The notes below the pieces were generated by a model. The model was not told the DNA's origin and made no database searches. It saw nothing but the letters and a program-made list of their open reading frames with translations. From NCBI GenBank assembly GCA_963675785.1, contig OY776562.1, forward strand, positions 2,432,001 to 2,496,000: a stretch of 64,000 nucleotides of DNA, in the 5' to 3' direction. Numbering within the stretch: the first letter of the stretch is position 1; each line of letters begins with the position of its first letter. This stretch comes from Anaerolineae bacterium. Its GTDB lineage: Bacteria; Chloroflexota; Anaerolineae; UBA1429. The position numbers were made by a program, and so were the translations under genes. Shown piece after piece: positions 40,293 to 50,210 of the stretch.

Positions 40293-40639
40293 TAGAAGAG
40301 CCCTGGGATATCGACGCCACCAGCCAACGGCCCAAGCATATCACTGGCAAGCTTTTGCGACATGGCCGTCGCCTCATTAAAGGCAGCCATGATGAGGTCC
40401 TGCAACATCTCGACGTCCTCGGGATCGACAGCGTCGGGCGAGATTTTAACAGAGACCACTTCTTGTGCGCCGGTCATCTCTATAGATATGGCTCCACCAC
40501 CAACCGTAGCCGTCACTGTCTTTTCAGCCAGCGATTGTTGGGCCTCCATCATCTGCTTTTGCAGTTGCTCCAGCTGCTGGGCCATAGGGGCTCCGCCACC
40601 ACCAGGCGTCTTGAAGCGTTTCTTGCCTTTACTTGCCAC
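40292..40639 (-). CDS. ebfC: YbaB/EbfC nucleoid-associated protein
   Basis: GGG, DPEDVEMLQDLI.AA.N; canonical dnaX-ybaB-recR order. Confidence 0.93.
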   Translation of the reverse strand: MASKGKKRFKTPGGGGAPMAQQLEQLQKQMMEAQQSLAEKTVTATVGGGAISIEMTGAQEVVSVKISPDAVDPEDVEMLQDLIMAAFNEATAMSQKLASDMLGPLAGGVDIPGLF

Positions 40640-42407
40640 TATCTTCCTCCTGATCAAGATCTTCCTTGATATGCACATCAGTTATTTTCATGCCCAAACG
40701 CTCGGCCTCTTTGATCGCCGGATGGCTGAGCAATCTGTCGCGTGCCTGTTTCTTGGGGTCGGGCACTGAAAATAAATCCGCTGGCCCTTCGCGCATCTCT
40801 CGTACAGCAGTCCCACTACTCGTTGTGCAAGTCACCCGGCAAGGCGTGCCCAACACTTCGGAAAGCACGTCCTCCAAAACGGTGCGGCGCTCATTCTGCT
40901 GTAGTTTTTCGCGGTGAAAGTCTGCTTCGCAGCCGATGATGACCACGCCATCTTGAACCCCAACAGGCCTGACAGAGTGCAAGAGAGCTTCTACCTGACG
41001 ATTGACCGAACGCATACGAATAAGCACTTGCCGCCAATGCCCCTGCACCCAGTCCAAAGTTAAATCCGGTGTTGCTGTAGGTTGAGACGGCGTCTCTATT
41101 GACTCATCCGCCACACTCGCCTGAGGTTCGACTACCGGCTGTGCTTGTTCTTTCACCGTGTAGGTAGCTGGCGTTTCTGTACGAGGCTCCTCGACAGTAG
41201 GCGTTACCGCTTCGCGCACCTGGGGGCGACTGGAGCGAGGTCGAGAGGCTGTTCGTTCAGCAGGCGGCGTCTCGGCGGGCTTAGAGACGGTCTCGCTATC
41301 CTCAATGCGATGCTTTTGGCCAATAGCCATGGCCGCTTCTACCAGCGCCAGCTCGATAGGAATCTCGGGGCGTGTAGCGTGGCGCAAGCCCTGGCCCGCC
41401 TCGGTGAACAATTTAATGGCTCGCAACACCGTCCCCAAAGAACAACCTGCTTGAACTAGGGCCCTTAGGTCGGCAATATCTTCTGGCGTCATGGCCGTGC
41501 TCTCTGCCGAACTGCCCACCCTGAGCAACATGAGTGCCCGCAGTGCTTCGACAATATCAGCAAGAAACTGCCGTGGTTCTGCGCCTGCATCAAAGGCCTC
41601 GCGCACCACCTCAATGCCGCCGGCGGCATCGCCTGACACAATAGCCCGTACCAAACCAATGACCAGATCGCTGGAGGTGCTGCCCAATAGAGCCTGCACT
41701 TGCTCCAGGGTAATGCGGCTGCCCTCATAAGAGCTAAGCTGATCGAGCAGGCTTTCGGCATCGCGATAGCTGCCCGCACCACGCCGCGCAATATAGGCAA
41801 GGGCTTTTTCTTCGATTTCAAGACCCTCGCGCTTGCAGATCATGGTTAGCTTGTTCTGGATGTCCTCTAGCGAACCGCGGCGCAGATCAAAGCGCTGGCA
41901 GCGCGAGAGGACGGTATCAGGCAAGCGGTAGGGCTCGGTCGTGCAAAAAATAAAGACCACATGGGCTGGTGGCTCTTCCAACGTCTTGAGCAGGGCGTTG
42001 AATGCTTCGCGGGTCAGCATGTGGACTTCGTCAATCACATAGACTTTGTAGCGACACTCATTGGGGGCAAAGTTAACCTTGTCGCGCAGATCACGGATCT
42101 CTTCGATGCCGCGGTTGGAAGCACCGTCGATCTCGGTCAAATCGAGAGAGCGACCCTCCAGCAGGCTGGTGCAGATGTGGCATTGGTTACAGGGCGGCGT
42201 ATCGGTGTCCCCGATGCAGTTGATGGCTCGCGCAAACACACGCGCAATGCTGGTTTTACCCGTGCCCCGCAAACCCGTAAAGAGATAGGCATGGCCAATG
42301 CGCCCACTGCGAATCTGATTCTGAAGCGTGCGCGTAACATGCTCTTGCCCCAAAATCTCGTCGAATGTTTGTGCGCGCCACTTGTTATAGAGCGCCATAT
42401 TACTCAT
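40629..42407 (-). CDS. dnaX: DNA polymerase III subunit gamma/tau
   Basis: LYNKWR, GLRGTGKTS, EIDGASN, IDEVHML, LLKTLEEPP, SRCQ. Confidence 0.97.
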   Translation of the reverse strand: MSNMALYNKWRAQTFDEILGQEHVTRTLQNQIRSGRIGHAYLFTGLRGTGKTSIARVFARAINCIGDTDTPPCNQCHICTSLLEGRSLDLTEIDGASNRGIEEIRDLRDKVNFAPNECRYKVYVIDEVHMLTREAFNALLKTLEEPPAHVVFIFCTTEPYRLPDTVLSRCQRFDLRRGSLEDIQNKLTMICKREGLEIEEKALAYIARRGAGSYRDAESLLDQLSSYEGSRITLEQVQALLGSTSSDLVIGLVRAIVSGDAAGGIEVVREAFDAGAEPRQFLADIVEALRALMLLRVGSSAESTAMTPEDIADLRALVQAGCSLGTVLRAIKLFTEAGQGLRHATRPEIPIELALVEAAMAIGQKHRIEDSETVSKPAETPPAERTASRPRSSRPQVREAVTPTVEEPRTETPATYTVKEQAQPVVEPQASVADESIETPSQPTATPDLTLDWVQGHWRQVLIRMRSVNRQVEALLHSVRPVGVQDGVVIIGCEADFHREKLQQNERRTVLEDVLSEVLGTPCRVTCTTSSGTAVREMREGPADLFSVPDPKKQARDRLLSHPAIKEAERLGMKITDVHIKEDLDQEEDSGK

Positions 42408-42480
42408 CAATCCGGGCCCCTGCTCTAAATGTATCTCGTTTAGTTTATCATTGGCCACAGGTGCATACAAACCCCGCAGT

Positions 42481-43119
42481 TTATGCCAACTCGGGCAAAA
42501 CCTGCCTCAACGCCTCGATAGAAAGGCCCCCTGCACGAAGTACGACAGGGATGGCGCTGGTCAGATCCACAATTGTCGAAGCGACACCCATCTTGCAGGC
42601 ACCGCCATCGACTATCAGCGGAATACGCCCCTTGAGCGCTGCAAAGGTCTCCTCAGCATTCTGTGGTGCCTGCTGCCCCGAGATATTGGCACTGGTAACA
42701 GCCATGGCACCGCCAAGGCGTTGGATGAGATCGAGAGCAAACGGGTGATCCGGCATGCGTACCGCCACAGTATCCCGCCCACCCAGCAATACGCGAGGCA
42801 GTTCTTCTCGCGCGGGCAAAACTAAGGTGAGCGCCCCCGGCCAAAAGGCTGCGGCAAGTTGCTTGAGCCGGGTAACATAAACCTCACTATGTGTTACCGA
42901 GCGAATGCCCTCAATCGAGGACACAAGCACGGGGATGGATAGATCCATAGGCCGCTGCTTGGCGTTGAATAACTTGCGAATGGCCGGCTCAGACCACACG
43001 TTGCAGCCCACGCCGTAAACGGTATCCGTCGGAAAGGCCACCACTTCTCCGGCCACAATGAGCTCGACTGCACGATCTAGCACACCAGTGTCATCAGCCC
43101 CGAGTAAGACCGTTTCCAT
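42481..43119 (-). CDS. tsaC: L-threonylcarbamoyladenylate synthase (short YrdC type)
   Basis: FPTDTVYG, K.R, FWPGALT, TSANISG, ASTIVD. Confidence 0.93.
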   Translation of the reverse strand: METVLLGADDTGVLDRAVELIVAGEVVAFPTDTVYGVGCNVWSEPAIRKLFNAKQRPMDLSIPVLVSSIEGIRSVTHSEVYVTRLKQLAAAFWPGALTLVLPAREELPRVLLGGRDTVAVRMPDHPFALDLIQRLGGAMAVTSANISGQQAPQNAEETFAALKGRIPLIVDGGACKMGVASTIVDLTSAIPVVLRAGGLSIEALRQVLPELA

Positions 43120-43915
43120 CTACCAACTCCTCGATCACCAAGGCTACGCCATCCTCATCGCAAGAAAGCGTTTCGCGATTAGCAGCCGCCTTGACGCGCG
43201 GCAACGCCGACCCCATAACCACGCCGCAGCCAGCCCACTCGAGCATAGCAATGTCGTTACCATTATCGCCGATGGCTAACGTTTCGTTCTGAGCAACACC
43301 CAACTGCTCAGCCAGCCAGGCAAGGGCAGTGCCCTTGTTTACACCCAAAGCCAGACCCTCTAAAAAATAGGCGTGCGAGCGGAGAATTTCCATACGTCCG
43401 CCCAACGCCGCTTCCAGCTCTGGTTCTACAGCATCCAACTCGCTTTGTGAACCAATAATGATGAACTTGATGGGAGCACAAGGCAGCGACTGAGCAAGAT
43501 CGCCCTGTACCACATGCCAGGGAAGGCCAAACCAGGCCTCGTAAAAGTCATCGGATTGCTGTTTGTCGGCTACATAAATCTCGTCGTTGGCATAGAACGT
43601 CAGCGACAAATGCCTCTGCTGGCAGAAATCACAGACCTCGCGAACCAACTCGGAGGGGAAGACCTTTTTATAGATCGACTCCCGGCTCAACGGATCGGTA
43701 ATCAACGCGCCTTGATAAGAGATAATGGGCACATCAATAGTCAGGTCATCTGCCCAGGTGCGCATAGATTGATACGAGCGCCCCGAAGCCAGTGTGAACC
43801 TGATGCCTGCACGTCTTGTTGCCTCAATGGCACGCCGTGTTCGTGCTGAAACCGTATGAGCGCTATTGAGTAGCGTACCATCGAGATCACTAACAATGAG
43901 TTTAATGCTCATCAA
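43094..43915 (-). CDS. Cof-type HAD-IIB hydrolase
   Basis: DLDGTLL, ASGR, NKG.AL, GDNGND. Confidence 0.92.
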   Translation of the reverse strand: MMSIKLIVSDLDGTLLNSAHTVSARTRRAIEATRRAGIRFTLASGRSYQSMRTWADDLTIDVPIISYQGALITDPLSRESIYKKVFPSELVREVCDFCQQRHLSLTFYANDEIYVADKQQSDDFYEAWFGLPWHVVQGDLAQSLPCAPIKFIIIGSQSELDAVEPELEAALGGRMEILRSHAYFLEGLALGVNKGTALAWLAEQLGVAQNETLAIGDNGNDIAMLEWAGCGVVMGSALPRVKAAANRETLSCDEDGVALVIEELVDGNGLTRG

Positions 43916-43927
43916 ATCCAGTCTCCA

Positions 43928-44800
43928 CTATCGCTCAACACACACCAGGCGTTCGAGCCCGGCATAGTCCCTAATCACCTCAACCGTAGCGTTCGGCAGT
44001 ATTTTAGCGCAAAACTGGCGCACGGCGTCTCCCTGTCCCTCGTCGATCTCTAGCAGACACAGTCCTGGTTGATTGAGATGATCCGGCAATTGATGAATGA
44101 GTTGTCGCACCAAGTCAAGACCATCAAAGCCACCATCCAGCGCCAACTGGGGTTCGTAGTCGCGTACATCGGGCGCTAACAAAGGGAGCCGCCCGACTGG
44201 GATATAAGGCAGATTAGCGACAATGATATCCAAGCGAAAATCCACGGCCTCTAGCAGATCACTGTTCAGAAACGTTATCCTATCGGCAAGAGCGCAAGAT
44301 GCCGCATTAGCCCGGGCTACATCCAAGGCTGTCTCAGAGACATCCACAGCCCAAACCGCTGCCTGAGGGATATGGCGGGCCAATACAACAGCAATAGCGC
44401 CACTACCCGTACCTACATCTACAACGCGCGGCGCACCCTGTGGCCAATCCCTCGCCTTAGCCCAGGCTAAAGCTCTTTCAATGAGCAGTTCGGTCTCTGG
44501 TCGGGGGATTAGTACCTGCGCATTGACCGTAAGCTCAACATCATAAAAAGGCTGTCGCCCGATGATATAAGCAAATGGCTCATGCCCAGCCCGCCGTTCA
44601 ACAACCCGTTCTATTTGCTGTTTTGCGTTATCGTCCAGGATATCATGCCAGCGCATATAGAGCTGTGCCCGACTCAATCCCAACACATGCTGCAGCAATG
44701 CCAGCGCCTCAAGACGTGCATCCTCAAGCCCCGCAGCAGCCAAATGCTCTGTCGCCTGCTGTACAGCCCCACCGATGGAAAGCACGCCGATTTCATCCAT
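43928..44800 (-). CDS. prmC: Release factor glutamine methyltransferase
   Basis: EP.AYIIG, VLIPRPETE, DVGTGSG, NLPY, EP.LALDGG; follows prfA. Confidence 0.95.
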   Translation of the reverse strand: MDEIGVLSIGGAVQQATEHLAAAGLEDARLEALALLQHVLGLSRAQLYMRWHDILDDNAKQQIERVVERRAGHEPFAYIIGRQPFYDVELTVNAQVLIPRPETELLIERALAWAKARDWPQGAPRVVDVGTGSGAIAVVLARHIPQAAVWAVDVSETALDVARANAASCALADRITFLNSDLLEAVDFRLDIIVANLPYIPVGRLPLLAPDVRDYEPQLALDGGFDGLDLVRQLIHQLPDHLNQPGLCLLEIDEGQGDAVRQFCAKILPNATVEVIRDYAGLERLVCVER

Positions 44801-44808
44801 CGCTATGT

Positions 44809-45885
44809 TCAGTTACCCGCTGCTCCACCACCCAGGCGGCGCTCTTCTTCTTGCTGAGCCAGAGCATCAATAAACGGATCCAATCCGCCAGTTAACACGC
44901 TTTCCATATTATAGATCGACATGCCAATACGATGATCGGTGACGCGGTTCTGTGGAAAGTTGTAGGTGCGAATCTTTTCACTGCGTTCACCCGTCCCCAC
45001 TTGGCTGCGACGGTCTGCATCAAGCGCATTCATCCGACGCGAATATTCGATATCATAAACGCGAGCACGGAGAATGCTCATGGCCCTGGCGCGGTTTTGC
45101 AGTTGTGAGCGTTCATCCTGGCATTGCACCACGATCCCTGTCGCAATGTGAGTAATGCGCACAGCCGAATCAGTCGTGTTGACACCCTGGCCACCGTGGC
45201 CGCCAGCGCGATACACGTCAATGCGGATATCGTTATCGGTGATCTCAACTTCAAGCTCATCCACTTCGGGCATTACTGCCACAGTAGCTGTGGAAGTGTG
45301 GATACGACCACTGGTCTCTGTTTCGGGCACACGCTGAACACGGTGAACACCGCTCTCGTACTTTAAGCGCGAAAAGGCGCCCTTGCCCTTGACTTCAAAA
45401 ATCACTTCTTTAAATCCACCGATTCCCGTATCACTGGAACTCATGACTTCTTGCTTCCAACCGTGTGCAGCCGCATATTGCGAATACATGCGGAAAAGAT
45501 CCGCAGCAAAAAGCGCAGCTTCTTCGCCGCCCGCACCAGACCGAATCTCGACAATGACATTGCGTTTATCGCGAGGATCTTGGGGAATAAGAAGCTGCTT
45601 GAGTTGCTCAGCTAGCTCTGCATCTTCGGATTCGAGGGCTTGGATCTCTTCACCAACGAGTTCGCGCATGTCCACGTCTTCTTCGCCAGCTAACATGGTA
45701 CGAGCCTGATCCAGTTCATCTTGCACTTGCCGATAGCGCGTATAAGTAGTAACCAAATCCGCTATTTCGGCTTGTTCCTGAGAATACTCGCGAATCTTGG
45801 TCGGATCCGAGGCAATCTCAGGAGACGAAAGCAGGGTTGAAAGCTCGTCGTAACGCTCGACAATCTGAGCGACATTCTCAAACAT
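44809..45885 (-). CDS. prfA: Peptide chain release factor 1
   Basis: [18 protein letters not shown] (PxT), [25 protein letters not shown] before ATG 45885. Confidence 0.97.
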   Translation of the reverse strand: MFENVAQIVERYDELSTLLSSPEIASDPTKIREYSQEQAEIADLVTTYTRYRQVQDELDQARTMLAGEEDVDMRELVGEEIQALESEDAELAEQLKQLLIPQDPRDKRNVIVEIRSGAGGEEAALFAADLFRMYSQYAAAHGWKQEVMSSSDTGIGGFKEVIFEVKGKGAFSRLKYESGVHRVQRVPETETSGRIHTSTATVAVMPEVDELEVEITDNDIRIDVYRAGGHGGQGVNTTDSAVRITHIATGIVVQCQDERSQLQNRARAMSILRARVYDIEYSRRMNALDADRRSQVGTGERSEKIRTYNFPQNRVTDHRIGMSIYNMESVLTGGLDPFIDALAQQEEERRLGGGAAGN

Positions 45886-45915
45886 GGAACACTCTCCCAA
45901 TAGAAAATTATGAAT

Positions 45916-45945
45916 CAAAAAGCGGAGAACAACCAGGTTCCCCGC
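45916..45945 (-). terminator. Terminator-like hairpin between co-oriented parB and prfA
   Basis: Minus strand GCGGGGAAC-ctggtt-GTTCTCCGC-TTTTT. Confidence 0.7.
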
Positions 45946-45968
45946 CACAACAGTTTTAAAACCTGGTG

Positions 45969-46844
45969 CTATTCCTCTATGAGCCGATCATAGAGCGATT
46001 GCAGGTCGTCATCGGAATAAAAATGAATCACCAAACGCCCACCCTTGCGTGTTTTAAAGAGCTCCACCTTGGTACCCAGAGATTCGCGGAATCTGGATTC
46101 CAGTGCATCCACCTCTGGCGAACGCAAGCGCAAATCAGCATCCTCCGACTTGTCTGCCGCCTTGTGAAGTCTGCGTACCAACTCTTCGGTCTGGCGAACA
46201 GAAAAGCCCCGGCGGATAACCGTCGTCATGGTCCGGATCTGATCGGCTTCGTCTTCCAACATCAACAACGCCCTGGCATGCCCTTCACTGATCTTGCCTT
46301 CAGCAAGTGCCGCTTTGACAGCAGGCGGCAGTCGAAGCAAACGCAACGCGTTGGTGATGCTTACACGACTCCGTCCGACACGCTCGGCAATTTGATCCTG
46401 GGTCATGCCAAAGTCTTTGGACAATGCCTGATAGGCCTGTGCCTCTTCAAGAGGGTTGAGATCGGCGCGTTGAATATTCTCAACCAGGGCCAATTCAAGC
46501 GTTTCTTGTGGCGTGACATCTTTGACAATGACATCGAGATGCCTAAGCCCGGCAATTTGTGCCGCTCGCCAACGCCGCTCGCCAGCAATGAGTTGATAAC
46601 GCTGCGGTGTCGCCTCGGCATCTGCCGAAGGCAGTAATTGAACGATGAGCGGCTGAATCAAACCCATCTCGCGAATCGAATCCGCCAACTCGGCAAGCGC
46701 CTCGGAATCAAAATGCGTACGAGGCTGCAGCGGATTGGGAACAATAGCATCGATGCTGACGCGTTTTAGACCCGTTGCACCTGCAGCGGGCGGAATCAGT
46801 GCATCGAGCCCGCGGCCCAGGCCGCTCCTGGAGTTGCGTGCCAA
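45969..46844 (-). CDS. parB: Chromosome partitioning protein ParB
   Basis: [46 protein letters not shown]. Confidence 0.97.
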   Translation of the reverse strand: MARNSRSGLGRGLDALIPPAAGATGLKRVSIDAIVPNPLQPRTHFDSEALAELADSIREMGLIQPLIVQLLPSADAEATPQRYQLIAGERRWRAAQIAGLRHLDVIVKDVTPQETLELALVENIQRADLNPLEEAQAYQALSKDFGMTQDQIAERVGRSRVSITNALRLLRLPPAVKAALAEGKISEGHARALLMLEDEADQIRTMTTVIRRGFSVRQTEELVRRLHKAADKSEDADLRLRSPEVDALESRFRESLGTKVELFKTRKGGRLVIHFYSDDDLQSLYDRLIEE

Positions 46845-46871
46845 GCTACGCCTCCTTTGCCCTTATCGGCT

Positions 46872-47636
46872 CTATGACTCGGTTGCCAACAGCTCGCGAG
46901 CCAAAGCCGCATAGGCCTTTCCACCACTCGAATCAGGAGCATATGAATTGATCGGCTCGCCATAGCTGGGCGCTTCACTCAACTTGACGCTCCGCGGAAT
47001 AACCGACCTAAAGATACGAGAAGGAAAATGTTCTTGAACCTCAGAAATGACTTCTCTCCCCAGGTTGGTACGCGCATCGTAAAGCGTCATCACCAAACCA
47101 CGTATTTCCAGTGTCGGGTTGAGAGATTGACGAACGCGCTCAATAGTTTGTAAAAGCTGACTCAAACCCTCCAGAGGCAAGTACTCACACTGAACGGGAA
47201 TGATGACACCATCAGCCGCAGTAAGAGCATTCACAGTGAGCATACCCAGGCTGGGTGGTGTGTCCATTAGCACAAAATCGTAGCGAGACTGGATCTGCTC
47301 AATGGCTCGCCGCAAGCGCATCTCGCGCCCCGGCAGATTGACTAGTTCCACATCTGCACCAGCCAAGATTGGTGCCGAGGGCACCAAATCCAACCCTTTG
47401 CAGGATGTCAGCGTAATCACGTTAGCCATAGCTTCGCCGCCGACCATCACATCATAGATGCAACGTCCGACGGCGTTTTTGTCGATACCGAGACTGCTGG
47501 TTGCATTAGCCTGGGGGTCGGCATCAATAAGCAACACACGTTTCCCATAGCTGGCCAGCAAGGCGCCAAGATTCACTGCGGTCGTGGTCTTGCCAACGCC
47601 GCCTTTTTGATTCGCCAGCACATATACTCGGGCCAT
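46872..47636 (-). CDS. parA: Chromosome partitioning ATPase ParA/Soj
   Basis: NQKGGVGKTT, DPQANAT, DTPPSLG, PVQCEY, LSEAPSYG. Confidence 0.97.
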   Translation of the reverse strand: MARVYVLANQKGGVGKTTTAVNLGALLASYGKRVLLIDADPQANATSSLGIDKNAVGRCIYDVMVGGEAMANVITLTSCKGLDLVPSAPILAGADVELVNLPGREMRLRRAIEQIQSRYDFVLMDTPPSLGMLTVNALTAADGVIIPVQCEYLPLEGLSQLLQTIERVRQSLNPTLEIRGLVMTLYDARTNLGREVISEVQEHFPSRIFRSVIPRSVKLSEAPSYGEPINSYAPDSSGGKAYAALARELLATES

Positions 47637-47643
47637 AACTGCC

Positions 47644-48528
47644 CTACCCCCAAAATCGGCGATCCGACTGCCGTACGCGCCCTCTCTCCAGGCGCTCCCT
47701 CACGATATCCGGCGAGGGAAGCTCGTACGCACCCACATTTTCGACAACGAAAGAGGCAACGCAGTTGCCAAAGCGAGCAGCCTCTATCGGATCACCATGC
47801 TCTTGCAAACTGGATAGAAAAGCGGCTGCGAAGACATCCCCTGCACCAGTAGGATCAACCTCAGCAACCTCATAAGCGGGAATATTGGTAACCTCACCCG
47901 CATTATATACTACCGCCCCATGTCGCCCATCAGTAACCACAAGTAACCGGGTCTTCCGCGAGATGGCACGAAGCAGAGTCCAATCGCCGCCAACATCTTC
48001 CTGACTGAGTATAACCGCATCTGCACGATCAAGTACAGTCTCGGCCTGGTGCCATTCACATGGCACAATCCGCCCATCATCTTCCCAGGCACGCAACCAC
48101 CCTTGAGGGGTAACACCTATCAATGAATGAGGGAACAGATCAACAATATCCGAGCTGAGCTCATGGTTGAGCGGGCCCAAATGCACAATGGAGGCGTTCA
48201 GCCATTCTTTAGGGACATCCGTGTTGAGTATGGGCAAAGCAACAGCACGAATGTACTGGGTCCGTGCACCATCAACATATACGTTCTCATACGTCGTGGT
48301 TACCTCACCCAACTGGCAGGCCACTGAAATGTTGGGGTGCCCCACCAGCGCATCTGGCAGAGCGCTTGCTCGAGTTACCACACCCACACACCTGCCAAGC
48401 ATATCAGCATATACAGCCGAATAGCAAGCGGTTCCCCCACTTACATAGCCATCACCCGGAACAAGATCCCGGGTGACGTGGCCAACAACAATATAATCAG
48501 GCAATCGCCCGCTGCAATTCACGCTCAC
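47644..48528 (-). CDS. PfkB family carbohydrate kinase
   Basis: GHVTRD, GGTA.Y, DPTGAGDVFAAAF. Confidence 0.88.
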   Translation of the reverse strand: MSVNCSGRLPDYIVVGHVTRDLVPGDGYVSGGTACYSAVYADMLGRCVGVVTRASALPDALVGHPNISVACQLGEVTTTYENVYVDGARTQYIRAVALPILNTDVPKEWLNASIVHLGPLNHELSSDIVDLFPHSLIGVTPQGWLRAWEDDGRIVPCEWHQAETVLDRADAVILSQEDVGGDWTLLRAISRKTRLLVVTDGRHGAVVYNAGEVTNIPAYEVAEVDPTGAGDVFAAAFLSSLQEHGDPIEAARFGNCVASFVVENVGAYELPSPDIVRERLERGRVRQSDRRFWG

Positions 48529-49313
48529 TTGGGCAGAATCTGCACTTTACGCGATTCATCCTGACCGATGCTCTCGGTATAAACATCCTCAGCATCACGC
48601 AGAGTCAGGTGCACAATACGCCGCTCATATGACGGCATCGGTTCCAAAGTTACGGGCTCGCCGGTTTCGCGCACCTGCTCGGCCATATGCAAAGCAAGTG
48701 TACGCAAAGAGTGCGCGCGGCGCTCTTTGTAGCCCTCTACATCCAATACAATATTGGGCCATCCACCAAGTTGCCGACTGACGATCAAGCGAGCAACAAA
48801 CTGGAGATCACGCAAAGTTTCACCACGTCGGCCAATAAGGGATGTCACATCATCGCCAACGATGTTCAGTCGTAGCGGCCTATCCTCATCCTCATCGTCA
48901 TCCTCATCACGGGCAATCTGAACTTCGACGGCTGCATAATAGCCCATTTTGTCCAGAAGCGTAGCAAGAACCTCAGTCGCGATGGCTTCGAGTTCTGGGT
49001 CAGGCCCACGCCCTGCCACCACGTCATCCTCATCATACTCGCCTTCCGAAGCATCATCACTCACGTCGTCTGCAGAAGCAGAGAAGCTCTCGCCGAGCAT
49101 TTGATCCTGGACGTGCTGTCCCAAGTCAACGACAATCGTAACCTCACCCGTTCGAACCAGGCCAAGGAAAGAGTGCGAGGTGTTCTTGACAACGCGATAA
49201 TTGAGCTCAGAAACACTCACGCCCAATTCGAGGGCAGCGGCAGCAACCGCATCATCTACGGAACGACCGGTGTACTCAGCGCTTTTTCTTGCGACGTTGT
49301 CTTTTTCTGCCAT
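48525..49313 (-). CDS. jag: Jag/EloR/KhpB RNA-binding protein (Jag_N, KH, R3H)
   Basis: GRSVDDAV, LIGRRGETL, LEPM.SYERRIVH; downstream of yidC. Confidence 0.93.
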   Translation of the reverse strand: MAEKDNVARKSAEYTGRSVDDAVAAAALELGVSVSELNYRVVKNTSHSFLGLVRTGEVTIVVDLGQHVQDQMLGESFSASADDVSDDASEGEYDEDDVVAGRGPDPELEAIATEVLATLLDKMGYYAAVEVQIARDEDDDEDEDRPLRLNIVGDDVTSLIGRRGETLRDLQFVARLIVSRQLGGWPNIVLDVEGYKERRAHSLRTLALHMAEQVRETGEPVTLEPMPSYERRIVHLTLRDAEDVYTESIGQDESRKVQILPK

Positions 49314-50190
49314 GCGACACTTCCTCATTATTGCCTTGTGTGAGTTGAGCAAGCTTTTCCGGATCAACCGGTTTTTCAAGACGATCGATCACAAGTTGCA
49401 TCAACACACCGATAATGTTTGAAATAACAAAGTAGAGGGCCAGACCAGATGCGAATTGTGTCGTGAGATAGGCAAACATGAGCGGCATCATGATCTGCAT
49501 CGAATTGTTCATCGATGATGTCTGTGGATCGGTGCTGGGTTGAGCCATCAACTTTTGCTGCAAATACATTGTACCGCCAACCAAAATTGGCATGATGTAC
49601 ATGTACGATGAACTATCCGGCACAGCCAGATTCAACCACAAAAACTTGGACTGGAGCGGCACAATAGGCGTATATGAAGCCAGATGGTACATAGTCTGAC
49701 CGAGTTTCATCAATTCTACGGGCGTATCCGCCAGAATCAATGTGATCGACTGGTACAGACCAATCCAAATTGGGAACTGGATCAGTTGAAGCAAACAGCC
49801 GCTCATCGGATTGACGCCTAGCTCTTTATAGAGTTTTTGCTGCTCTTGTACGAGCTTTTCATTGTTGCCAGCGTACTTTTTCTGAAGCTTGGCCATGGCT
49901 GGCTGAATAGCTGCCATGCGCTTGGTTGTACGGGTTTGGCGAATGGCTAATGGCAAAGTCAACGCACGCAATATAACGGTCAACACACCTATTGCTATGA
50001 CGAAGCTGCGCCCCAAATAAGTATACAGAATCAAGAGGGCGTTGGCTATTGGGCGAAGGATTACTTCGCTCCAAATTGTATTCCATCCAAAAGTAAAGAC
50101 CAGGACCAGCACAGCACCAACACCGAGCCATGTCAGGATGGACTTACGGAGCTGCCTGCGGTCTACCTGCGGCCTAGTTGCATTCTCCAC
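49276..50190 (-). CDS. yidC: Membrane protein insertase YidC/Oxa1, short form without a large P1 domain
   Basis: LRALTLPL, QP...LQKKY, GVNPMSGCL, QFPIW, FLWLNL, GLALYFV.SN. GTG 50190 follows GGAGG. Confidence 0.93.
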   Translation of the reverse strand: MENATRPQVDRRQLRKSILTWLGVGAVLVLVFTFGWNTIWSEVILRPIANALLILYTYLGRSFVIAIGVLTVILRALTLPLAIRQTRTTKRMAAIQPAMAKLQKKYAGNNEKLVQEQQKLYKELGVNPMSGCLLQLIQFPIWIGLYQSITLILADTPVELMKLGQTMYHLASYTPIVPLQSKFLWLNLAVPDSSSYMYIMPILVGGTMYLQQKLMAQPSTDPQTSSMNNSMQIMMPLMFAYLTTQFASGLALYFVISNIIGVLMQLVIDRLEKPVDPEKLAQLTQGNNEEVSHGRKRQRRKKKR

Positions 50191-50210
50191 GCGTGAATAT
50201 CCTCCGGTCG

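Noticed and set aside
40629-42407. Possible programmed gamma/tau frameshift in dnaX
   Set aside because: No A_AAA_AAG or long A-run was seen in the linker after domain III.
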